Source of the DNA: Malacoraja senta
Lineage: Eukaryota
Assembly (NCBI GenBank): GCA_038087875.1
Contig: CM075989.1
Coordinates: 8,496,001 to 8,560,000 of the forward strand
Direction: 5' to 3'
DNA length: 64,000 nt
How positions within the stretch are numbered: the stretch's first letter is position 1; every line of letters begins with the position of its first letter. The translations under genes were made by a program, and so were the position numbers. Shown one piece after another: positions 13,558-26,800 of this stretch. Below the pieces are notes generated by a model. The model was not told the DNA's origin. It worked only from the letters and a program-made list of their open reading frames with translations, and did no database searches.

Positions 13558-13680
13558 TAAGTTTTAGGAGGAGAATTAGGCCATTTGGCCCATCAGGTCT
13601 ACTCCGCCATTCAATCGTGGCTGATCTATCTCACCCTCCTAACCCCATTCTCCTGTCTTTTCCCCATAACCCCTGATACC

Positions 13681-13871
13681 CAGGGCCGGATTTAGATGAA
13701 GAGAGGCCCTAGGCTATTCCACTTGTGAGGCCCCTCACAATCCCCTATGTAAGGCCCCTCCCTCCCAATCAGCCTATGAAGCCTATAGGTAAATCCGGCC
13801 CTGCCGAGTCCCCCCTAGATCTCGAGGCCCTAAGCTTAAGCTTGTGAAGCCTATACGTAAATCCGGCCCTG
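13681..13871. mobile_element. hAT-type MITE
   Basis: 14-bp TIR CAGGGCCGGATTTA. Perfect 8-bp TSD ctgatacc at 13673-13680 and 13872-13879. Extra internal right TIR at 13790-13803. Confidence 0.9.
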
Positions 13872-15314
13872 CTGATACCCGTACTAATCAAAAATCTATC
13901 TATCTCAGCTTTTCTTCTCAGAGAGCACCAGGCGACTGCCATTCTTCTCCCAAGAGAGTGAATTACACCACAGCTCAGACTGTGCTAGTGGATGGAGCTA
14001 CCTCCACACTCTGCTTGGACCTCAAGCATTGATTTTGACCCCAAACCTCGGGAGTGTGGCTTGACCACGCCGCTTCTGACTCCGAGTTCCTCAGTGACCG
14101 AAAACAAATAAAGTAGGTCTCCGAACTGGAGTGGAGTGAAATATCATGGGCTGTTAACAAGGAAGATGCTAGCCTGCCATTATCACACAGCTGGACGCCA
14201 TCTTCTCACTGACTTGCAGCCCGGTTTTAGCTTGCTAGAATAGCACGCTAATCAAATCTAAGCACACTGCTAAATCGTAACATTTATATTCTCCTTTTTA
14301 ACTGCAAGGCTGACCTGACCTCTCAGTTCCATTTTTGTTGTAGTCATTATCACTGCACAGCAGTCAAATCATTTCCCTACCCTAACTAAACCAATTAAAA
14401 CTGGACTCAGGAATAACTTGGATGGTTTGCCCTTGCAATGAAACAGAGATTGAGCTCCTGGGGCTGGGATATAAAATAGGCCAACTTTAGTTTTTTCCCC
14501 CAACTGTTAGTTTTTAACTAGACTACTGACATTGCTGCAAGATTTCTTATGTGCTTTGGAGCCTGTGGAGGTTATGGTTACTTTTCCCTTGCTGTTGGGG
14601 TATTGTTCCCATGTATCAATCTAGCTTCAGTCCTTCGCCCAATGTGCAAATCTAGGCAGTGTTTGGAGGCAGACTGTTGGACTTTGACGGGCTTCACAAT
14701 CCACCCGCCGAGGCTCCAATCGCCGCCACCTCTGAGGCTCCTTCAGCACAGACAGGCCTCGCCGCCCGGCTTCACCACAGCCCCCTGGGAGGCCTGTGTG
14801 GCGAGTCGTGCCGAACGGGGCACGTTCCTGTTGTCGGTCGTCATTCTGGTCGTCGGTGCTGCGGTTGTTCGACGGCTGAATCGGGCCCGCGCGGCTCCCC
14901 GGACACTATGTACTATGCTTCGCTGGCTTTTGCTAGATGTAGGTGGGACATTAATAAGCAATAAGTATGCCCTAGCTCAGAGAGGGTAGACAACTTTGGA
15001 TTCAGCCCTCAACCTCCTCTCATTACATCCCTGCAGAAATGATGATCTTCATTCAGCTCAGCGGGCTGCACCTTACTCAAACTCGCCAAAGTTTACTGCT
15101 ACGGGGATTACGCTAAAGGTTTGATCTTTTAGCACCTTATCAAAAGTGATCCAGTTAGATTTAGCTCTTAGGGCTAAGGGAATCAAGGGATATGGGGATA
15201 AAGCTGGAATGGGGTACTGATTTTGGATGATCAGCCATGATCATATTGAATGGCGGTGCTGGCTTGAAGGGCCAAATGGCCCACTCCTGCAACTACTTTC
15301 TATGTTTCTATGAT

Positions 15315-15585
15315 TGGTAGAGTTGCTGCCTTACAGCACCAGAGACCCAGGTTCGATCCTGACTACGGGTGCTGTCTGTACGGAGTTTGTATGTTCTCCC
15401 TGTAACCGCATGCGTTTTCTCCGGGTGCTCCAGTTTCCTCCGACACTCCAAAGACGAACAGGTTTGTAGGTTTCGGTAAAAATAGTAAATTGCCCCTGGT
15501 ATGTAGGATAGTGCTTAGTGTTTGAGGATCACTGGTCAGTGTGGTCTCAGTGGGCCAAAGGGCCTGTTTCGCAACGTTTCTCTAA
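15315..15585 (+). mobile_element. HE1-like V-SINE
   Basis: Same family. Confidence 0.8.
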
Positions 15586-16209
15586 CAAAAGATGATATTT
15601 CTCCAAGTCAGCCTGGGGATGCAGGGCCACCTTGCTTTCCTGTTACACAGTACACAAACAATAAGCCAGGTAAATATGCCCAGACCATCAAGGAGAAGGA
15701 GACAAAGTTAAGAAATTAGATTTGCCAATCAGAACCGCAGCCTATAAACCAGTGTGAGGCTCAAAAATAAAACTGCACAATTAGATTTTGCCTTTGCTGG
15801 AAAAGGGCACACATTATTAATGACAGGGAAAATGTAATCATGGATCACAATCGGATTACAGTAGATATTAGATGGCCTTAAATGATACAAGAAGAATCGC
15901 ATTTAAGTAATGCAGTCTGCTGCAGGTTCTGGGGAGATGCACCAGTGTTTGAGCCACGTGTAGCTCAGGATTTATCTTCCCTCTCTTGACTTTAGACCTT
16001 TCTTTTTCTACTTATCCCTTCCCTTCTTTCCCATCTTCATTGGTTTCCATTCTTCTCTAGTTCTCTCCTTCTCTCAAACTCTCTTTCACCCAAATTGGGC
16101 TTATTTTGTTTTGCTCTGTCTTCTCTCTCTTCTGTCTTCCTGTGTCCCCTCTCTGTTTCCCCACTAACTTTTTCTCTCTTTCATTGTCTATTCTCCCTTC
16201 ATTCTCATT

Positions 16210-16495
<286 letters not shown>

Positions 16496-18432
16496 CTACT
16501 TTCCTGAAGGTAGACACAAAATGCTGGAGTAACTCAACGGGTCAGGCAGCATCTCTGGAAAAAAAGAATAGGTGCCGTTTCAGGTCGGACCCCCTTCTTA
16601 AGATTTAAGTCCCACCCAGGCCCACCATCGGTGGAGGAAGTTGCTGTTCACCTTGTCTGAGCCTCTCATAACTTTAGATATCTTAATAAATCCCTGAGTA
16701 TTCTTTGTTCCAAAAATCCCTCACCCTAGCTAATATTTCTTCATAATCAAACTCAGCAACATTTCTGAACCCTCTCAACCACTACAATAGTTTGACCATT
16801 CATCTCAGTTAAAAGCTGAGATGATGCTTCATCTCCATCAGTTTCTCGATTGGTTGCATCTTGGCTTCTTGAGGTTGGATCTTCCTTGGACCAAGGTACA
16901 ATCTGTCCAGATTTCACTTGAGATTGCCACCGGGTGCACAAGTCCTGTCCATTAGGAGACATTGATAATAATGGGCCTCTTTGAATATTGAATCAGATTA
17001 TACACTGGTTAAACACAAACTGGGGGAAATGATTGTGCAATGTCACAGTACTTTTATGATATGGATCCCACAAATCAAGATCCTTTATTTCAAGAAGCAG
17101 AAAATGAATTAACGAAAAAGTTAGATGTGAAAAGTCAGGGCAGTCAGTGGCACCAGTGGAAAAGGAATGTATCCATTAGATCCGGGTGGATAGTGACATT
17201 TTTTTTAAACCATGGGGCTGTTTATGATCTACCCTGCACTGCCTGAAGCCGTTTCAATTGTAACTACTAAAAGAGAAATTGAATAAGTATTTCAAATTGA
17301 AGGATTGTACAGGCTTATGTAAAAAGGACAAAGAGTGTGGGATGAATGGGAGAATTCTATCAAAGGGCAAGCAGCGAAACACTGAGCCAAAGAGTCTCCG
17401 ACGGTGCTAGATTCTATGAACGACCTGATCAGTTAATGTATCATCTGACCTACATTGTACATCAGAATCAATAAATCTATTACCTGTTGGACCAGTACAT
17501 TGGAGTGCACTTTCACCATTTTCGAGTTGACACGGTGACATTTTGGATGCTATTTTTCAGAGTGATTCAGAGGATGTCATTTTGACCATGATGTGTCGGA
17601 GATCCTATTTTGGTCCATCCCTTTCCGTCATTCTCGACAACATTGCTTTTCAGAAATTGCTTTATGTCTTTCTACATTCAGATGGACAAAAGGACTTGAG
17701 AGCATAAACATTCCCCAATCAACAGAGACAAGTGCAGCTAAAACATGAGGCATACTTGGGAACAAGCTGGAGTGAAACACTGATCATGGATTTTTATCAC
17801 AAAAGCAGAAATTGCTGGAAATACTCAGCTGGTCAGGCAGCATCTGTGAAGGGAATCAAAAATTAAACTTGCAGGTTAATGACCTTTCACCTAAACTCCA
17901 CACCAACCGGTAACATTTACACTAACCTGCTAAGTATTTCCACCATCTTCTCTTTTTATTTTAGGTTTTTAGCATCTGCAATGTTTTACTCTTAGATAAT
18001 TTATTTTTGTGCAGTTATGATCTGAAAGGCAAGGTGTGAAAGGGCAATGGAACCAGTAACAGAAGCTAATGGAAGAAATATAATCGAAACATTTTGGATT
18101 GCTCTGTTTTCCAGCCTGAAGAAAAGTCTCGACCTGAAACGTCACCCATTCCTTCTCTCCAGAGGTGCTGCCTGACCCGCTGAGATACTCCAGCATTTTG
18201 TGTCTATCTTCTGTTTTGCAATCAATTGTTTGTAATCAAAAACCAAAATAGAAAATGCCCAAAATATTCATAGGGTCAGGCAGCTTCCATGCAGAGAGAA
18301 ACAGATAATATTTCAGGTCAATGACCCTCAGCAGGATTAAAATCCTTTTTGCTTTAATTGCTAGCAGACATCTAAGCCCAGCTCCGCTAGATGCTGGACT
18401 TCCTGGCCTGAATCATCTGAGTTTAATTTTAG

Positions 18433-18708
18433 TTTATGTTTAGTTTAGAGATACAGCGCAGAAACCGGCCCTTCGGCCCACCAGGTCCGCGCCGACCAGC
18501 GATCCCCACATATTAACACTATCCTGCACACACTAGGGCCAATTTTTCTTTTTTCATTTACCAAGCCAATTAACCTACTTACCTGAACGTCTTTGGAGTG
18601 TGGGAGGAAACCGAAGATCTCGGAGAAAACCCACGCGGTCACAGGGCAGAAACGTACAAACTCCGTACGGACAGCACCCGTAGTCAGGATCGAACCCGGG
18701 TCTCTGGC
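18433..18708 (-). mobile_element. HE1-like V-SINE with truncated head
   Basis: Same family. Confidence 0.8.
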
Positions 18709-18741
18709 CCTTTCACCAGGAACAAGCCCACCTGATACCTC

Positions 18742-18921
18742 AGATAGACACAAAATGCTGGAGCAACTCAGCGGGTCAGGCAGCATCTCTGCAGGAAATG
18801 AGTCATGATCCAAAACATCACCTATCCATTCTCTCCAGAGATGGTGCCTGATCTGCTGAATTACTCCAGCATTTTGTGTCTATCTTTGGGAAACCAGCAT
18901 CTGCAGTTTATTTTTATTATA
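18742..18921. repeat. Fold-back Penelope-tail element
   Basis: Inverted arms agatagacacaaaatgctggag..ctccagcattttgtgtctatct. Flanking 14-bp direct repeat ccacctgatacctc. Confidence 0.8.
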
Positions 18922-19145
18922 CCACCTGATACCTCCCATCGTCGACATCGGTCAACATCGTCATAGCCAATCGACTTCCTGGCTCAGTAAACAACCAGTT
19001 GCATTTGTACAGCACCTTTCGTGGTCCTTTCAGTGAAACATTTTTAAAATGTCAGAAGTGTTGCAGACAATTTGTACAAAGCAAGATTCCGGCAACCTGT
19101 AATGGCTGCATAATGTGTCTTCACTGACGGAGACTGAGAGGTACA

Positions 19146-19242
19146 GTCTGAAGAAGGGCCTCGACCCGAAACGTCACCCATTCCTTCTCTCCAGAGATGC
19201 TGCCTGTCCCGCTGAGTTACTCCAGCTTCTTGTGTCTATCTT
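19146..19242 (+). mobile_element. Minimal Penelope-derived unit starting at the hammerhead-like core
   Basis: Flanking 12-bp direct repeat ctgagaggtaca at 19134-19145 and 19243-19254. Confidence 0.8.
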
Positions 19243-19597
19243 CTGAGAGGTACATGTTGGTCGGGGCAACTGGGATAGTACTGTTGCTATCCTTCAAAAT
19301 AGTGCCATGGAAGCATTTAAACCCAGCTTCCATCTATGCTGTGAGAAATATGAAATATTAATATATTACAGAACATCAGCACCTCCAAAATTGCAGCAGT
19401 GGTTTAATAGCTTAGCTTCTTGTGTGCTGGTCTCTGAAGGAAATGAGCTTTCAACCTTTTGATTCAAAGGACATAGTAAGAACAGCTGAGCCAGAATTAT
19501 GAGCCATGGTTAATTCCCTTCCCGACTCTTGGACAATGAAGCAAGCCATGCTCACCGAGTATTTTGCAGCAAGTGATTCTCCCTTACTTGAGACTTC

Positions 19598-19884
19598 AGA
19601 GATACAGCACGGAAACAGGCCCTTTGGCTCACCGGGTCCACGCCGACCAGCGATCACCCCGTACACTAGCGCTATCCTACACACGAGGGACAATTTACAA
19701 TTTTACCGAAACCAATTAACGTCCAAACCTGTTCGGCTTTGGAGTGTGGGAAGAAACCGGAGAAAACCCACGCGGTGACAGGGAGAATGTACACACTACG
19801 TTCAGACAGCACCCGCGATCAGGATCGAACCCGGTCTCTGGCGCTGTAAGGCAGCAACTCTAGTGCTGCGCCATCGTGACGCCC
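19598..19884 (-). mobile_element. HE1-like V-SINE
   Basis: Same family. Confidence 0.8.
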
Positions 19885-20139
19885 TATGCACCCTTCACCT
19901 GTGAGGTATCAGTCAAGAATGTGCTGGGGTGCCCTTCATTTGCCTGATTGAGTGCTGCTCCGAAGAGATTCTTTGAAGACGTAAGGAACTGCCGATGTAA
20001 GCATCTCAAACAAAACTGGAGGAACTCAAAAGACTCTTTGGAGTGTGGGAGGAAACCAAAGATCTCGGAGAAAATCCACGCGGTCACAGGGCAGAACGTA
20101 CAAACTCCGTAAGGACTCAAAGAACTCTTCGTCCCTCTT

Positions 20140-20431
20140 CAGCGAGCAACACTGTAAATATTCCGCTTGGGCAGTCTACATCCTGGGGGCTTGAACATTG
20201 AATTCTCCCAATTCTGCGAGCCCTTGCTGTCCCCTCCCCTTCATCAGCCCTCTGGTTGTCTCCTCCCCTCCCCCAGCCCTCAGGCTCCTCCTCCGCCTTT
20301 TTCCTTTTTTCCTTTCTTCTCCCCACCCCCTATCAGTCTGAAGAAGGGTTTCGGCCCGAAACGTTGCCTATTTCCTTCGCTCCATAGATGCTCCCTGACC
20401 CGCAGTGTTTCTCCAGCACTTTTGTCTACCT
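20140..20431 (+). mobile_element. Penelope-like 3' end, near-identical to 22321-22630 in inverted orientation
   Basis: Direct sequence comparison; ORF-track translations at 20167 and 22344 are almost the same. Confidence 0.88.
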
Positions 20432-22320
20432 AGGAACTCAAAGGAGTTCTGAAGAAGGGTTCTGACCCTAAACATCTCCTATTACTTTCCCCAGAGATGC
20501 TGCCTGACCCGCAGAGTTACTCCTGCACTCCGTGTCTATCTTTGTTGGTTTTACTGATTTGTTGTTGGTTTTACTGATGATGGGAAAGGAGTGTGGAGAG
20601 AACGGGGAGTTGAATGTGAGAATTCCAGAGCATGGAGACAAGACGGTGAAAAGCTGTGTGGCAAAACGCCAGCCTCAAAGAGATACAGAGTTTAACTTTG
20701 TTATTTTTTTTTCCTTTAAATGTTTCTGTCACAACTGGAAGATTTCAGAAAACAAACTTGTGGAGTTAATATGGTGCGGTGAAGTAACTATATATTGTGC
20801 CTAATGTGAGCAACGGCACACTTATCTTTTACAGGAGTCAAGGACTTTTATCGGAATAGTAACTTGGCGAGATCCAATAGAAAGTTGATTGAATGCTGTC
20901 TTCCACTCCGCAGCACGGGCATGACTCATCGCTGCTCTACACTGAATGGAACATAATCTTCCTCCTCCTTCTGATAACTGAACATTATTCATCACCTCCT
21001 GACTGACTTGCGGCTTGAGCTTTCTTCCTGCTACACGATAGAATGTAGAGCATGCATTTCAAGCCTGTTGTTATTTAATCTTCTTCGTCAATGCAGCCAC
21101 CATCAAAGGCACAAAGAAATAATGAAATAGCGTGCTTAAAGTTGACCATATTTAACAGCCCAGTCTTGGGTTACAAACCTAGCTTGTTTTCTGTTTCCTT
21201 GCAAACATTGGATTTGATTTCCTTCTTATCTTTGAGTCTAAAGGTGTTGGGTTATAGGACGACTCCAATGACCTGGACAGATAATTCAGGTTGTTATTCC
21301 ACTACTGACGGAGTGCTGCATGGTTGGGGGTGTCTTTCAGATGAGACCTCATAACGAGATTAATTAAAGCTCTGTAAAATTCTTCCGAAAAAAACAGAAT
21401 AGGGGTTCTCATTAATGTGATGGTCAATATTATTTTCTTAAGTCATTAACAAAAATAGCTCCAATATGCAGGGACATGGATTAGGTACATGCAGATAAAT
21501 TGGTCTTAACATAGTGTTCGGCACAGACATCATGAGCCAAAGGGTCTGTCCCTGTGCTTTAATATTCTATGTTCTGTGTAGACCATGGAATCTCGCTAGA
21601 AGTAAACAGGTTTCACAATACAGCTTTTCAAGAAATACGTCATTGATTTGCGCTTTGGAAAGGTCTTGATGGTGTGAAATGTGTCATAGAAATCTGAATT
21701 CTTTCTCTCTGCAACATCTTGTGTTGAATGAAGTTCTGAAGATACAGGGACCTATTGCTGTGAGACTCTGCACAATGCCTGATTGTCTGTCACCCGCAAT
21801 GCATGGCACCCTTCCAATTCCCTGCATATTGACAGATCCCAATATACTTATGGCATAATGTAATCTCATTATCAGCCAAAACAAGGCAGTGTCTCAAGGT
21901 CTTTAACTTGCCGTCAATTCAGGCAGCATTCTGTCCATGATCAGATAATGAGAGTGGCAGGAACCTTTGTTGGAAAGCTCAGTCGATGCCAGCTAGACTT
22001 GTGAAGGACCCGGGACTCAATGAGCCTGTCTGGTGTGTCATAGAGAACTAACAAAGTGGACTGCCAGCCATGGCATTGCAGATGGCCCCGCACAGCAGGT
22101 TGCACGGCTGACCTCCGAAGCAGTGTTAAGCTCTGCTCTTTGGAAACCAGACTGGAACTGACAACATCATTTGGGTAGACTCAAAATGCTGGAGTAACTT
22201 AGGCAGCATCTCTGGATAGAAGGAATGGGTGATGTTTCGGACTTCTTCAGACTGACAGTTGGGAGAGGGAGACAGTGATAAGGAAGTGTAAGGTGTGAAA
22301 ACAAGACATCAAAGGGGAAG

Positions 22321-23085
22321 GTACACAAAAATGCTGGAGAAACTCAGCGGGTGCAGCAGCATCTATGGAGCGAAGGAAATAGGCAACGTTTCGGGCCGAA
22401 ACCCTTCTTCAGACTGATAGGGGGTGGGGAGAAGAAAGGAAAAAAGGAAAAAGGCGGAGGAGGAGCCTGAGGGCTGGGGGAGGGGAGGAGACAACCAGAG
22501 GGCTGATGAAGGGGAGGGGACAGCAAGGGCTAGCAGAATTGGGAGAATTCAATGTTCAAGCCCCCAGGATGTAGACTGCCCAAGCGGAATATGAGGTGCA
22601 TTTCCTCCAATTTACAGTGTTGCTCGCTGTGGCCATGGAGGAGACCCAGGACAGAGAGGTCAGATACGGAATGGGAGGGGGAGTTGAGGTGCTGAGCCAC
22701 CGGGAGGTCAAGTTGGTTATTGCGGACGGACCGGAGGTGTTCGGCGAAACGATCGCCAAGCCTCCGCTTGGTCTCACCGATGTAGATCAGCTGGCATCTA
22801 GAGCAGCGGATGCAATAGATGAGGTTGGAGGAGATGCAGGTGAACCTCTGTCGCACCTGGAACGACTGCTTGGGTCCTTGAATGGAGTCGAGGGGGGAGG
22901 TGAAGGGACAAGTGTTGCATCTCTTGCGGTTGCAAGGGAAAGTACCAGGGGAGGGGGTGGTATGGGAGGGAAGGGAAGAATTGACAAGGGAGTTACGGAG
23001 GGAGCGGTCTTTGTGGAAGGCAGACATGGGGGAGATGGGAAGATGTGGCGAGTGGTGGGGTCACGTTGGAGGTGGCGAAACTGAC
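22321..23085 (-). mobile_element. Young Penelope-like element fragment with open GIY-YIG endonuclease frame (22530-23027)
   Basis: Translates FPCNRKRCNTC..NLIYCIRCSRCQLIYIGETKRRLGDRFAEH..KLEEMHLIFRLGSLHPGGLNIEF. Hammerhead-like core near 22385-22412. Confidence 0.9.
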
Positions 23086-23524
23086 GGAGGGGATGTGGAT
23101 TCAAGGATCCAGAGATCTTTCATCCCCAGATCCATCCAAAGATGTTGCCTGTTCCGCTGAGTTACTCCAGCATTTTGTGTCTATCTTCGGTGTAAACCAG
23201 CATCTGCAGTTCCTTCCTAAACACCATTCGGGTAACAAGTAAAGCAAATGAAAACCTGTAACTCCAGAGCAGCACGGCTCCCTCCAGAAGCAGCATTTGA
23301 ATAGCCTGTTGAATAATGTGCCGACAGTCTTCAAAGCCAATGGTGCACTTGAGAGGAATGTCAGTGTTTCACAGTCCATGCACGTTTGGGCTTTGACAAC
23401 GGCTGAACATGTTTGGACAGATGCAAGGTCGGAGTAGGAAGCCGGGAACAAATTATCATCAGAACCTGCTGCAAACTTTCTTCTTTGTTGTTGGTATCTA
23501 CAGTACATAATAAGTGAGTTGGAC

Positions 23525-23829
23525 TGCCCAGTGGTGCAGCGGTAGAGTTGCTGCCTTACAGCGGCAGACATCCGGGTTCGATCCTCACAACGCGTGCTGT
23601 CTGTACGGAGTTTGTACGTTCTCCCTGCGACCGCGTGGATTTTTTCCGGGTGCTCCGGTTTCCTCCCACACTCCAAAGATGTACAGGTTTGTAGGTTAAT
23701 TGCCTTTGGTAAATGTTGCAATTTGTCCCTTGTGTGTAGGATAGTGCCAGTGTATGGGAACCGATGGTCGATGCAGACTCTGTGGGCCAAAGGCCCTGTT
23801 TCAATGCTGTATCTCTAAACTAAACTAAA
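23525..23829 (+). mobile_element. HE1-like V-SINE
   Basis: Same family. Confidence 0.82.
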
Positions 23830-26800
23830 AACTAATAAGAGATCTAGTCTTCTGGGAGCCTTGTACTGGAGGCTCGTGATAGAGCATTGCTCAAGTACAG
23901 GGCAGGTTGTATCAGGAGCTGAGGCCCTTCTGCAGTGATAGATCAGACAACTTATCATATTTCATATTTAATTTTTAAACAATAAAGGAGACCACTTATG
24001 CCATCAAGTGTATGGTGGCTCTCAGAACAACCTCATCAATCCCAATCATTTCATAACTGGGGTGGCACAGTGGTGCAGCACCAGAGACCCAGATTTGATC
24101 CTGACTAGCTATTGTCTGTGTGGAGTTTGCATGTTCTCTCTGTGACCGCATGAGTTTCATCCGGGTGCTCCGGTTTTCTCCCACATCCCATAGGGCCAGT
24201 TTCCATGCTGCATCTCTGAACTAAAACAAAACTAACTGATACTTTATTTCTAGCAGTTTTGGTGTTTTTTGGGGATAAGGTGGGGGTATTGCAGGAAATG
24301 GAACTTTGCCTCTTTTCAAAGGAGGTTTGTTCATGTCAAGCACGAAGAGATCAGCCACAGAACCAGCCTTTTTATATTGAAAAATCTGCAAGAGTTGTTT
24401 GATCCTAACTGTGTGTGCTCTCTGTATGTTCTCCCTGTGGGTTTCCTCCACGTTCTCCGTTTCCTCCCACATTTCACAAACGTGCAGGTTTCTAGTTTAA
24501 TTGGCCTGTGTAAAATTGCCCTGGTGTGTAGCGTATGGGTGATCATTGGTCGGCAAGGTAGACAAAAATGCTGGAGAAACTCAGCGGGTGAGGAAGCATG
24601 TATGGAGCGAAGGAAATAGGCAACGTTTCGGGTCGAGACCCTTCTTCAGACTGAGATTTACAGTCAGAGATTTACAGAGTTATACAACTAGAAACATGTC
24701 CTTTGGCCCACCTCGTTCATACTGACCAAGTTGTCTTCCTAAGCTATCCCATTTGGTCTATGTTCCCCCATCCATAAACCTGTCCACAGAGTGACTGTAA
24801 AGGAACTGTATCGGTGCAATTCTTTGTTTTCAAATTCAAATTTGTTCTCACCCAAATGTCTTGATTTCATGAAGTTTATGAATGTCAGAGTCACATCCCA
24901 TTAGGAATCTTCAATAATTCCTGTGTTAATTACGCTGTCTGCCTTCAAACAAGGTGTGGATAAATAAGTCTCCTCTCAGCTGCTAAATTCACTTCATTGA
25001 TCTGGGCTCAATTAGGCTGATTGCATTGATGTTGTTCAGTCAGTTCTGAGCTGTTTGCAACTCGCTCAGTCCAAAGTCAATCACTTCAGTCTATAATCAC
25101 TGACGGATAATTTTCTCGCTTTCCCGATGAACGAGGGGGGCAGGGCAGATCAGTGCGGACGGAGTGGCTCCATTTCCTGCACTAGTGTATCCACCTTCGC
25201 TGTTCCTTCCTGTCGCTGGGTCAAAATCCTGGAAATTCCACCCATGTGCATTGTGGACTTACCCACACCCCAAGGAAGGCAGCGGTTCAAGAAGACAGCT
25301 CCTTGGGGATGGATAATTAAATGTGGGCTGAGCCTGTGAAGTTCACATCCCTCGAATAAAGAATATAATGGATGCCCATCCTTTGCATCCAAGCCCAGGG
25401 ACCTTGAGAAGCTCCTCCCTTGTAAATACACTACCCCCTTCTCCTGGCCCCTTCCATCCCTTTTGGTGCTTGTCAGAAGGATCTGGTCCATCCAATCATT
25501 GTTCAACCATCCCCTCCGCCCAGTGCCCCACTACTTAGCTACACCTTTCTGCCCCAGTGAACAAGCATCGCTATTAAGATCTGGTGAACTCCCGCCAAAG
25601 CCTGTTCTTGAAAGGTTAAGATCAGCCATTTAATAATGCCAGTTGCTTGTTTACTGTAAAAAGTAGGTGAATCAAACTGGTTGATTTTGGAGACTGCAGC
25701 GGAAATTACTTCACTGGCGTGAACATCAGATGTTTGGCACTGGACAGCCAGTGATGACTAAAATCGGATATGTAACCCGCCTCCACATTTCCTTTTCTCC
25801 TTATCCCACGAGTCTTCTTCTTGCTGGGAAACAGTTTCTTGGCAGTCCTGGTTTTCCAGCACAGCTCCTCATTCCTCACAGTGAGGTGGGATAGTTATTC
25901 GAGCAGGAGTGCAATGCCGTCTGAGGTTGAAGCTGTGCTTCACACAGGCAGACCCCCCCCCCCCTCCATCAATGGTAGGAACGCTGGGTGATTTCTGCAC
26001 CACCTTCGCCGATGTTACAATTAGGTCTTCATTAGAACTTCAAGCTTTGTGCAGCCCCAAGCTTGTGAAAGATGGTAGAGAAATGCAAGGGTTTCTGCTG
26101 GCCACGTAAAACGTAGCCGCAAGATAGTTACGCAGAGGGGTCTGTGATACGATGGCACCTGTACTTGCAGAGGTCAGCAATAGTCAGCTCTTCTGTGAGT
26201 GAGATGAATGAAAATTGACAAATAAAGTAAGTGCAGTGATATATTTGAAAGGCATTGATTTGGAGGATTTCATGTACTGACTCTGATACATGAGCACTAT
26301 CATAACTCACCAAAGTCCACAGAAAGACTAAAATTGCTGCAAAGTGGGGCATGTACCCATGAATTTCAAACAGTGTAAAAATTAAATTCAGACTGTGTAT
26401 TGTCTTGAATTGCTAACGTGTGCTTCAGAAAATCTACACAGTCACGGGGAGAACGTACAGACAGCATCCTTAGTTAGGATCGAACCCAGGTCTCAGGTGC
26501 TGTAAGACAGCAGCAACTCTACCGGTGTGCCACCATGCCGCCCTTATACACTATGTTCTTGTACACTGAATTCCAAAGACTCACTATCAGGCATTAACAA
26601 GATTTGGTTCCTTTCCAAAGGGTCATGGTTTGGATCAACACAGATCTCACAGTAAGCAAGCTCAGGTGCATTGGTTAACACTGAGGTCACTATGATCACC
26701 CAGTGCATGTTTTGAGCTAATTCAATTCCAATTACACATTCAGCTGAGCAGTGAGAAGTTGATTGTCCATGGCAAGTATTCAAATTCGTCCACAGCTCAG

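Noticed and set aside
23101..23790. 229-aa minus-strand ORF
   Set aside because: Spans a SINE, unique DNA and a Penelope tail. No recognisable domain or splice structure.
25700..25890. Open minus-strand frame (..NEELCWKTRTAKKLFPSKKK..) as an exon of a second gene
   Set aside because: No recognisable homology or convincing splice sites. I could not support any second gene in 1-34 kb.
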